Positions 7,931-14,667 of a stretch of 15,885 nt of DNA are shown here, in pieces. The notes under the pieces are model-generated. The model saw only the letters and a list, made by a program, of their open reading frames with translations, had not been told where the DNA came from and did not search any database. This stretch comes from a virus. Lineage: Duplodnaviria; Heunggongvirae; Uroviricota; Caudoviricetes. Position 1 is the stretch's first letter, and each line of letters opens with the position of its first letter. The position numbers and the translations under genes were made by a program. The DNA lies in the IMG/VR virus record IMGVR_UViG_2534681991_000026; one strand, 5' to 3'.

Positions 7931-8203
7931 TTAGCTGTCCTGGTAATTGCGCCGTATTTCATCACCAGCACCATCTATACCCATTTCGGCACAAGTGCGA
8001 TTAACTGCATTTCTCAGGTCTCCGAAATTATCAGGCGGCTCCGGTGGCCTCTGTGCCTTCCTGGAACATTCCAGCCGTCGCATCGTGATGTGATGCCGTT
8101 CCTTGTCTGTCTCCACCAGCATCATGACTTCACCCCATCGCGCCGCCGCCCTCCGGTAAAATCCTTTCGCTTCGAGTTCTTCCGCTATGCGGTCATGTAC
8201 CAT
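7931..8203 (-). CDS. PerC-family-like putative transcriptional activator (90 aa)
   Basis: Start at ATG 8203 (MVHDRIAEELEAKGFYRRAAARWGEVMM...) with GAGGGGG SD; the AE-LE--G--RRAA-RW pattern resembles PerC-like activators as I recall them. Sits just upstream of the head operon. Motif-level call only. Confidence 0.45.
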   Translation of the reverse strand: MVHDRIAEELEAKGFYRRAAARWGEVMMLVETDKERHHITMRRLECSRKAQRPPEPPDNFGDLRNAVNRTCAEMGIDGAGDEIRRNYQDS

Positions 8204-8213
8204 CGTCACCCCC

Positions 8214-8624
8214 TCAGAACGGAATATCATCACCGTAAGGGTCATCGCCTCCCGCTGGTGGCTGATTACCCTGTGTGCCTGTGGTTTTGCGTCTGCTGCC
8301 GCCTGGTCGCACCGTTTTCGCACTGATTACGCTGTCGGCAATGACCTGATAACCCTGACGCGTCTCCCCGTTCTGTCCGGTCCACTGGCTTATCTGCATC
8401 GTGCCGGATACGCTGATTACGTTGCCTTTCTCATGTCCTGCCAGTTGGTCGGCCTGTTTGCCAAATGCCAGGACCGACAGCCATAACGTAGCCTGCCCGT
8501 CCTGCGCCTGACTGCATGGCAGTGATACCGCCATACGCGCCAGCGTCATCGGTGTGCCCTTGCTGGTCTGTTTTACCTGCGGGTCGTCCACCAGCCGCCC
8601 GTAAGCTGCAATTTGTGCTGTCAT
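8214..8624 (-). CDS. ssb: Single-stranded DNA-binding protein
   Basis: 136 aa; OB-fold-like N-terminus, Gly-rich linker and the hallmark acidic C-terminal tail ...DDPYGDDIPF. Confidence 0.85.
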   Translation of the reverse strand: MTAQIAAYGRLVDDPQVKQTSKGTPMTLARMAVSLPCSQAQDGQATLWLSVLAFGKQADQLAGHEKGNVISVSGTMQISQWTGQNGETRQGYQVIADSVISAKTVRPGGSRRKTTGTQGNQPPAGGDDPYGDDIPF

Positions 8625-8633
8625 ATTGCCACC

Positions 8634-8939
8634 TCAGTGAAGCGATCCGGCGTTGTTCTTTTTCATCTCTTCCATCATTTTTTCAGTGAGCATTACGCAC
8701 TGAAAACCCATGTTTTTGATGTCTACGGGTTTCATGCCTTTGTCAGTGGATATCACAGGCAGAATATCCTGATACACATCGCGGTCAGGGTAACTAAGCA
8801 CACAAAGCGCCCATGATGCCACGGGTGAGGATCCTTCGTCTGTTTCAACCCACCAGCCTGGTGTAGCTGCGCTTATTTGCAGAATCGTGATCCGTCCGTT
8901 GTGCTTGTAAAATTTTTCACCAAATTTTGGTTCGCTCAT
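8634..8939 (-). CDS. Hypothetical protein (101 aa)
   Basis: ORF in operon context; 4-nt ATGA overlap with the upstream gene; no recognisable motif. Confidence 0.5.
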   Translation of the reverse strand: MSEPKFGEKFYKHNGRITILQISAATPGWWVETDEGSSPVASWALCVLSYPDRDVYQDILPVISTDKGMKPVDIKNMGFQCVMLTEKMMEEMKKNNAGSLH

Positions 8940-9250
8940 GATTCCACCTCTCCGGTTTTAACGTTGATGGTTGTTACCTGTTCCGCTTCGGCAATCTCCC
9001 GTTCTGTCAGCGTGGCAAAGTTTGCAGCTGCCGTTGTCATGAATGCGCTTATTAGTTCGGGATTCTCCTTCGCGTATCCTTCCCGTGTGTGGCGGTCTAT
9101 AACTTTGATTGCCACCTTTAGGGAAAGCTCTGTCATGTCTAACGCTTTATATTTTTGCTGTGTTCTGTCTCTGCGCATTTTGGTCATTTGTCGCCCCTGA
9201 TTCATGTTTTCGGTCGGCATGTTTGTTAAGTGATTTTGATGTATGCACAT
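8936..9250 (-). CDS. Hypothetical protein (104 aa)
   Basis: ATG at 9250 preceded by GAGGGGG about 9 nt upstream; first gene after the putative ori; no recognisable motif. Confidence 0.5.
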   Translation of the reverse strand: MCIHQNHLTNMPTENMNQGRQMTKMRRDRTQQKYKALDMTELSLKVAIKVIDRHTREGYAKENPELISAFMTTAAANFATLTEREIAEAEQVTTINVKTGEVES

Positions 9251-9289
9251 TTATTTTTACCCCCTCGTTTAAAAAGTTTTAGGTTGTGG

Positions 9290-9530
9290 TGCACCTCCTC
9301 TACCTCTCTACCTAATCATCTTTCAGGTCAGTAATGGCGCGGCTTTCAGATGGGTAGAGGGCTTTCGTGGCCCTCTACCCATCATCTACCCGCCCCTCAC
9401 AAACAACCTTAATCATGGTGGAGGGGGTAGAGGGCTTTTATTTGCCTTCTACCAGCCCCTCTACCCACTTATCATATTGAATAATGTATATTTATTTTCT
9501 TTAGGTAGAAGAGGTAGAGGGCTTTTGTCT
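9290..9530. repeat. Iteron array flanking an AT-rich stretch; putative replication origin
   Basis: At least 8 copies of the core GGTAGAG(GGC)/(GCC)CTCTACC in both orientations (about 9298, 9306, 9354, 9373, 9386, 9426, 9459, 9505, 9514), including a perfect 11-bp inverted pair GGGTAGAGGGC(9352-9362)/GCCCTCTACCC(9370-9380); AT-rich 9467-9503. Directly 3' of the primase gene. Confidence 0.6.
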
Positions 9531-9534
9531 AAAA

Positions 9535-11289
9535 TTATAAAAACGCGTCGCAATCCTCTGTTGTTGTCACATTGGTTTGCGTAAGTCCTTTAACCCTGCG
9601 CGTTATATATTCACATCCGTAAACTTTTGCCGCTGGCTTCATGGCCTTGCTGAAATCAGCCACGTTTAGCGGCTTGCTTCTTCCTGCGTATGCCATAAAC
9701 GCCAGATAGACGCGGTAAAGGCTGTTTCTGGTCGTGTACTTCACGGAATCGCCACCGCCACCCATCATCAGGCCGCGCGCTTCCTCCAGAAAATTCAGGA
9801 ACTGGCAAAACTCAATAACCGGATCCGTCTGTTGCTTTATTGCCAGTGCTTCATCACCGTCGCGCTGTTCCAGGAGTAAAGCCCGTGCCTTTTCAGGGTC
9901 GGCAAAGTTCGCCAGTAATCGGCGGATAATCACAGGGATTTCAGCCGCGACCTTCTCCGGCAAATCCTTGTCCTTTTCTGCCTCGCTAACGATATTGTCA
10001 AAGCGAAAAATAACCCGACGACGTGCCACGCCTCCGGCCCGTTCGGTGAATATCATCGGGTTGTTGTTGGTCGTCAGCACCACCGCCCTGATTACCGCCG
10101 TGAAACGCTTTTCATATTTCGGGTTAATTTCCACGGGGTCGCCGCCCGTGATTTTCTTGATGCCCGTTCCTTCGCCTGTATATTTCGGCTGGTCTGCCAG
10201 GACGATAAGACGACTCCCGACAACCTGCGCACGTCCACCAGCATCATCAAGCGATGTCATTTCAGCGCTTACCGTGTTCTGTTTCCCTGCCAGAAGGCTG
10301 GCTATGTGCGTGAATGTACTTTTACCGCTTCCGCCGTCTCCGGTGGCCTCAATAAACATCTGCCAGTCGTACCGGTTCGCCATAATCATGTACAGCGCGG
10401 CACATATACGCATCATCTTGCGCGGGTCTTTTCCGGCTGCGTGCTCAAGGCATTTATGAAAATTTGGCGCGTTATCGCGGATGTTCTCCCCTGGTGCTGG
10501 TGGCGTGTACTCAATACCGTTGTGCGTGGTGATCCAGTTCTCCGGCGTGTGCGGGGAAAATTCCCCCGTTTTCAGGTCAAGCGCACCATTGGCGAACGGC
10601 AACAAATCGCCGGACGGCTCGCCCATTGGTTCGGCAATAACTTTTAACGCTTCAACGGCGTTATTGATTACGCGCTTGCTGAAAGTGGCCCTGTGCTCTG
10701 AATAGATCGCCACCATTTCGCGGCTAAGTTCCATTGTGCTGACCGGACACCATAACCCGCCGCGCCATACGTGAACGATTTCACTTTCAGGATGTACGCA
10801 AACGCCATCAAAGCGATCGGAAAGCAGCTGAGCGCGTTCACTGTCCGCCATCTGCGAAAGTTGCGCCTTTTGCTTTACCGGAAGCTCAACGAACAGACCT
10901 TCAGAAAGATTCTGGCGCTCACGGGCCAGATATTCGCGCCAGTTCTCCACCTCCTGAACGTGCATTCCCTCAGGGTAAAAATTTGCATCCTGTACACCTG
11001 CCGCCGCCAGCTTCTGACCAATCGCCTTTATCATTACAGGTTCAAGATGTCCGGCCCTGAATATGCGTACTGATTTTCGGCCTTCCGGCACAATTTGCAG
11101 CTTATCCAGTTCGGATAACTGCTGATCCCCAAGCCACACAGGAGGCTCATTATCTCCGGCCATACGCGCGTCATGTTCCTGCCATTGTTTAGCGTGTGAC
11201 CAGGCATCACTACCCGCAAAAATAATGACTTCTGTTTCTTTGTGTTTTATGCCGCGTGACTGCTGTTTTACGTTCGGTGCAAGTTTCAT
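9535..11289 (-). CDS. Replication protein: P4-alpha-like primase/helicase
   Basis: 584 aa; N-terminal primase-like region and C-terminal NTPase with Walker A GDGGSGKST; typical of satellite and PICI replication modules; start overlaps the upstream gene (ATGA). Confidence 0.8.
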   Translation of the reverse strand: MKLAPNVKQQSRGIKHKETEVIIFAGSDAWSHAKQWQEHDARMAGDNEPPVWLGDQQLSELDKLQIVPEGRKSVRIFRAGHLEPVMIKAIGQKLAAAGVQDANFYPEGMHVQEVENWREYLARERQNLSEGLFVELPVKQKAQLSQMADSERAQLLSDRFDGVCVHPESEIVHVWRGGLWCPVSTMELSREMVAIYSEHRATFSKRVINNAVEALKVIAEPMGEPSGDLLPFANGALDLKTGEFSPHTPENWITTHNGIEYTPPAPGENIRDNAPNFHKCLEHAAGKDPRKMMRICAALYMIMANRYDWQMFIEATGDGGSGKSTFTHIASLLAGKQNTVSAEMTSLDDAGGRAQVVGSRLIVLADQPKYTGEGTGIKKITGGDPVEINPKYEKRFTAVIRAVVLTTNNNPMIFTERAGGVARRRVIFRFDNIVSEAEKDKDLPEKVAAEIPVIIRRLLANFADPEKARALLLEQRDGDEALAIKQQTDPVIEFCQFLNFLEEARGLMMGGGGDSVKYTTRNSLYRVYLAFMAYAGRSKPLNVADFSKAMKPAAKVYGCEYITRRVKGLTQTNVTTTEDCDAFL

Positions 11290-11585
11290 TTTTTACCCCT
11301 GAATACGTTCAACATCTTTCTTATTTCCTGAATATTGGCGCGTGCTTTCTCCCTGCTGGTGGGCACGTTACGCGGTACAGCCTGCACCAGAGAAAAATCA
11401 CGGTCGAACTGATAAACAGGCATAACGCAATCATATTCGTAGCCTTCACGGCGGTAAGTTACGCGCCGTTCCTCCACGCCCTTAATCATTACCGTGCCGC
11501 CGTACTTATCGCGGTAAATATCCCCGCACATGAATTTAGTGCGAGTTTTTCCGCTGGCAGTTAAGCCAGGATATTTAAGTTTCAT
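11286..11585 (-). CDS. Hypothetical protein (99 aa)
   Basis: ORF immediately upstream of and overlapping the primase start; same strand. Confidence 0.5.
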   Translation of the reverse strand: MKLKYPGLTASGKTRTKFMCGDIYRDKYGGTVMIKGVEERRVTYRREGYEYDCVMPVYQFDRDFSLVQAVPRNVPTSREKARANIQEIRKMLNVFRGKK

Positions 11586-11590
11586 TATTT

Positions 11591-11824
11591 TTATTCTCCG
11601 GTGTGCTGTTCTTTATATCTGTCGTGCAATAGGTCTATTTCTTGCAGTTCCATTATTACAGGCTCAAGAAGCGTTATTAATGCCGTAACAATTCTTGATT
11701 TTTGTTTGTCGCATTCATTGTCGCCAAGTGTTTCATGCCATATGCGCAATATTTCCAACATATTTTCACTGTGAGAAAGTGCAAGAAATGCGCGGTATAT
11801 TGTTTCGTGGTAAATATCACGCAT
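11591..11824 (-). CDS. Hypothetical protein (77 aa)
   Basis: ORF in tight operon (5-nt gap to next gene); AT-rich relative to the structural genes. Confidence 0.45.
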   Translation of the reverse strand: MRDIYHETIYRAFLALSHSENMLEILRIWHETLGDNECDKQKSRIVTALITLLEPVIMELQEIDLLHDRYKEQHTGE

Positions 11825-11825
11825 A

Positions 11826-12047
11826 TTAATCCCCGTCCGTCGTTTTTCTTAAAATAACCTCTGTCACGAAATCAGCATAATCGGCGGCGATATTCAGTAC
11901 GTCTATTCCAGTTGATTTATATTCTTTCGTGCCAATTAAGAAAAAAGATGCTCTAATCAGTTTGGATATTGACGAAAGCGCATCACCCGCATCATCAGAT
12001 ACGCCGGAAAATTCATGTTTCAGGGAATTAAAACGATCATCACGCAT
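11826..12047 (-). CDS. Hypothetical protein (73 aa)
   Basis: Start chosen at ATG 12047 (MRDDRFNSLKHEF...), which gives an 8-nt overlap with the upstream gene's stop; the longer ORF-track form (start 12095) would overlap by 56 nt. Confidence 0.4.
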   Translation of the reverse strand: MRDDRFNSLKHEFSGVSDDAGDALSSISKLIRASFFLIGTKEYKSTGIDVLNIAADYADFVTEVILRKTTDGD

Positions 12048-12264
12048 AACCCCCCCCATTTTCACAATCAGCAATAAGAATATTTTTAGCGTCATTCATC
12101 GACCGCGTGGCGGTGTATCGGATACATTCCAGGGCGAACAATGTGTATTCTTCCCGTTCTTCCTTTTGTGCAAGCACTGCTGTGCATTCAATATCAATAA
12201 GTGCGTGCATCAGCGTAGTGAGCGCGGCGGCTGCTGCGTCCGGTGTGGTTTTATTCTGCAACAT
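12040..12264 (-). CDS. Hypothetical protein (74 aa)
   Basis: ATG 12264 preceded by GGAG about 7 nt upstream; Ala-rich N-terminus. Confidence 0.45.
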   Translation of the reverse strand: MLQNKTTPDAAAAALTTLMHALIDIECTAVLAQKEEREEYTLFALECIRYTATRSMNDAKNILIADCENGGGYA

Positions 12265-12469
12265 ATCTTAACTCCACTGAACTTACGTATTTACACGGGT
12301 TTCCTTTTACCTGTCGCACACGGTAGGAATCGTTTTTAATCACTTCCGCTATTTGCCCAAACTTTTTTACCGCTGTACGGCGGCTCTTGTAGCGGTAAGT
12401 GTTTATCTCCCTTCTGCTCATTACCGCTTCATTGTGATATCTGGTTATCACTATCAGCACTTCAAACAT
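12251..12469 (-). CDS. Hypothetical protein (about 72 aa)
   Basis: Start taken at ATG 12469 (MFEVLIVITRYHNEAVMSRREIN...), overlapping the upstream icd-like stop as ATGTTTGA; alternative starts at 12499 or 12421. Confidence 0.4.
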   Translation of the reverse strand: MFEVLIVITRYHNEAVMSRREINTYRYKSRRTAVKKFGQIAEVIKNDSYRVRQVKGNPCKYVSSVELRYVAE

Positions 12470-12632
12470 GACGCACCCCCTGACGAATACGGGCGACAAA
12501 AATCAGATGTGCGCGCGGCAACTGGGCGCGGGCTTCGCGTTCAGTGGCTGCGGTAACGGTGTAAATATCAATGCTGCTGTGGTGGCACTGCATAAAGCGC
12601 CAGACAAAGTAAGGGCGTGCGGATACAGCCAT
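12462..12632 (-). CDS. Icd-like small protein, paralog 2 (56 aa)
   Basis: MAVSARPYFVWRFMQ...TEREARAQLPRAHLIFVARIRQG; GGGAG SD about 8 nt upstream of ATG 12632; paralogous to 12919-13116. Resembles the small Icd-like proteins annotated in P4-like prophages (from memory). An in-frame upstream extension to 12926 exists with no stop. Confidence 0.45.
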   Translation of the reverse strand: MAVSARPYFVWRFMQCHHSSIDIYTVTAATEREARAQLPRAHLIFVARIRQGVRHV

Positions 12633-12918
12633 GTGAAAGGCTCCCAATTTAATGTTAAGGGGTCTCACCACTACGCTGCTAAACGGGGTGGCGAGACGTA
12701 ACAGGGTTAGCAGACTGGCAAATTGGGAAACCAGCGAGCGCAAAGGCTCCCCCGTTACGCCCCGCCATAATGCGGGTATGGGTAGGTTTACGGACACAAA
12801 AAAACCGCTTATCGGATATGGGCGGCTGTCCGCCAATTTATTCAGGCTGCTAAACCCGGTCGCCATGTGGGCGACGGGGGAAGCATACAGCCCCGTGATA
12901 ATTTTTTGCAAGCGGTTT

Positions 12919-13116
12919 TTACGCATGATGTGACCCCTGACGAATACGAGCGGCAAATACAGCAACACAACCTGACGGGCAACGGCTACGCGCTTCGCGT
13001 TCCGTCCAGGCGGTTACGTGGATGATTTGAGATTCTCCGGCACTCAGGGCCAGAAAACGCCACACAAAGGCCGTTTGTGTGTGTACAAGGTGTGGTATAT
13101 GATTTACGGCAACCAT
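12919..13116 (-). CDS. Icd-like small protein, paralog 1 (65 aa)
   Basis: MVAVNHIPHLVHTQTAFVWRFLALSAGESQIIHVTAWTEREARSRCPSGCVAVFAARIRQG; AGGAG SD 5-6 nt upstream of ATG 13116; first gene of the leftward early operon. Confidence 0.5.
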   Translation of the reverse strand: MVAVNHIPHLVHTQTAFVWRFLALSAGESQIIHVTAWTEREARSRCPSGCVAVFAARIRQGSHHA

Positions 13117-13206
13117 AACGGCTCCTAGTTTACGTTGTTGGTTAGAAGCCCCGTTACTGCTCCTACAGTGCGGGGCTTTGCTCTTTGTATTTCAACAATC
13201 CTTTTG

Positions 13207-13239
13207 GTGTGTTTCATGTTATGGACACATGAAACACAC
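13207..13239. promoter_or_regulatory. Operator-like perfect inverted repeat in the divergent control region
   Basis: GTGTGTTTCATG(13207-13218)-N9-CATGAAACACAC(13228-13239); a third half-site GAAACACAC at 13276-13284 abuts a -10-like TATACT (13270-13275) upstream of the plus-strand gene at 13306. Confidence 0.55.
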
Positions 13240-13305
13240 GTCAAGGCTTTTTGTATTTCTTTTTTTGTGTATACTGAAACACACCGATGATTAGGAGTTT
13301 CAGAA

Positions 13306-13611
13306 ATGGCAACGGCTAACAAAAACGCAAAATCACAACTGACAACCGTCAGAGTCCCACTAGATGTTATGCAAGGGATGGAATCCGTTAAGCTGGACGG
13401 CGAAAGCAATGCCGGATTTATCGTAACCGCCATGCGCGGTGAAATCGCCCGCCGCCAGGCAGAAGGAAGCGGAGAAAATCCCCTTGTGTCTTCACTGGAT
13501 GCTTTGGCTAAGGTCGAACAAATTGGCATCAAGGCAGCGGAGGATATCGGGCAGCTTGTCACCGTTGCACGCGAAGAACTCCAGCGTCGCAAGACCCAAG
13601 AATCAGAATAA
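13306..13611 (+). CDS. Putative small DNA-binding regulator (101 aa), possibly ribbon-helix-helix
   Basis: ATG 13306 with AGGAG SD 9 nt upstream and a -10-like element; only clearly supported plus-strand gene inside the element; TTVRVPLDVMQGMESV suggests a beta-strand then helix as in RHH regulators (weak). Divergent from the leftward operon. Confidence 0.5.
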   Translation: MATANKNAKSQLTTVRVPLDVMQGMESVKLDGESNAGFIVTAMRGEIARRQAEGSGENPLVSSLDALAKVEQIGIKAAEDIGQLVTVAREELQRRKTQESE

Positions 13612-13940
13612 TCACTATCAGCGCCGTGGCGTGAGGTACTACGGCGCATTGCTTTACAGGCGCACACAATGACCAACGAAGAATCAACCGAAAAAACATC
13701 ACCTGCACGAAAAAGACGACGCAGAAAGAAAGAGCATGAATCAGAACGATTCGCGCCGTGTTCTTTTGCCCTTGAGAAGTACCTTAAAGAATACTCATCA
13801 AAGGAGAGAGCTTCGCAGTTATGGCAACGCACTGAACCAGACTGATTGCATTGCACACCAGCCTGATAGCGGCTATCATCCCCGTGCTTATGTTTGGGAT
13901 CACACACACAAACTGCGCAGCGGGTTATCTGTTCAGAAAG

Positions 13941-13968
13941 GCGGCTCCATTTCGGGGCCGCTTTTTTT
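13941..13968 (+). terminator. Strong rho-independent terminator of the rightward transcript
   Basis: GCGGCTCC(13941-13948)/GGGGCCGC(13954-13961) stem (one G-U pair), 5-nt loop, followed by T7 (13962-13968). Confidence 0.7.
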
Positions 13969-14114
13969 ATGCCTGAAAAACTCCAATTTTGTTGTTTTTC
14001 AGTTTCACCAGGGCGAACGAATCCCTGCCCACATTCGGGCGTATATTCAATCTTCATGGTTATAGCTCTGTGTTCAGATGATTGATGTGTGGCGGCTGCG
14101 TGCCGCCAGCGTGA

Positions 14115-14303
14115 TTAATGAACTGCCTTGCAGCTATCCTTCCAGGCCAGAACCTCGGATAAAGACCAGCCAACGGAACGACCGCCAAGTTTACGACGTG
14201 ATGGGAATTGTCCGGCCTTTTCCATGCGGTAGCGACACGTACGGCTAAGGCCGGTTAGTTTTTCGCATTCTTTTTCACGTATAAACCGATCAGTGCTTAA
14301 CAC
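14115..14303 (-). CDS. alpA: AlpA-family phage regulatory protein
   Basis: 62 aa; ...EKLTGLSRTCRYRMEKAGQFPSRRKLGGRSVGWSLSEVLAWK... matches the AlpA HTH pattern (compare E. coli AlpA ...LGVKSVGWIEAEIDEWL); directly downstream of int as in P4-like elements and PICIs. Confidence 0.85.
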   Translation of the reverse strand: MLSTDRFIREKECEKLTGLSRTCRYRMEKAGQFPSRRKLGGRSVGWSLSEVLAWKDSCKAVH

Positions 14304-14453
14304 TATTGCCCCCTTTCGTTTCTTAAAGAGTCATCAGGTGTCTTATTGTGTCGTATTGTTCCCGCTAGAGTGATGAATGGCAAATGTTGGTGGCGCATGG
14401 TTTACAGAAAGAGGAATAATCAGGATAAAATCATTTAAATTCATGTTAATACA

Positions 14454-14487
14454 AAGGCATAAAATCTCGTTTTATGCCTTTTTTCTC
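14454..14487. terminator. Terminator-like hairpin between int and alpA (possibly bidirectional)
   Basis: AAGGCATAAAA(14454-14464)/TTTTATGCCTT(14470-14480), loop TCTCG; T-run TTTTCTC on plus and U-rich flank on minus. Confidence 0.5.
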
Positions 14488-14575
14488 ACGCTTTAAAGCG
14501 TGATTCGCTAATGTATAAAAAACCAGTAATATAATAAAAATCAGCAACTTATAAATCTGTATGCTTTTTCGCCTC

Positions 14576-14625
14576 TTGTTCGTGATTGTTCCACGTTGTT
14601 GCACATTGTTTCACGTTGTATCTGT
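14576..14625. repeat. 10-bp phased tandem repeat (nCACGTTGTT-like) downstream of int
   Basis: TTGTT recurs at 14576, 14586, 14596, 14606 (then TTGTA at 14616) with exact 10-bp spacing; units cgtgaTTGTT, ccacgTTGTT, gcacaTTGTT, tcacgTTGTa. Contains GTTCCACGTTGTT (14588-14600), the reverse complement of the motif at 252-264 and 7505-7517. Confidence 0.6.
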
Positions 14626-14667
14626 TCGCATATCCAGTATGCGCATACTGAAAAAACCCGAAAAAAA

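Noticed and set aside
9290-9530. Possible CRISPR array, suggested by short repeats
   Set aside because: Repeats are only about 7-11 bp, occur in both orientations with irregular spacing and flank an AT-rich block; this fits iterons of an origin, not CRISPR repeat-spacer structure. No cas genes present.
9734-10459. 241-aa plus-strand ORF inside the primase gene
   Set aside because: Antisense to a well-supported 584-aa primase/helicase; translation is Ser/Arg/Pro-rich and low in complexity, typical of an antisense frame in a GC-rich gene.
12633-12968. ORF-track start at 12968 for a 168-aa protein
   Set aside because: The 12968 start overlaps the upstream icd-like gene by 50 nt and lacks an SD; if the extension is real the ATG at 12926 is more plausible. 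Kept only as an alternative (154-aa form) under the icd-like finding.
13125-14057. 310-aa minus-strand ORF spanning the divergent control region
   Set aside because: It runs across the promoter/operator region, overlaps the better-supported plus-strand gene (13306-13611, with SD and promoter) and a strong plus-strand terminator, has a Cys/Ser/Arg-rich low-complexity translation and no RBS. Most likely a chance open frame.
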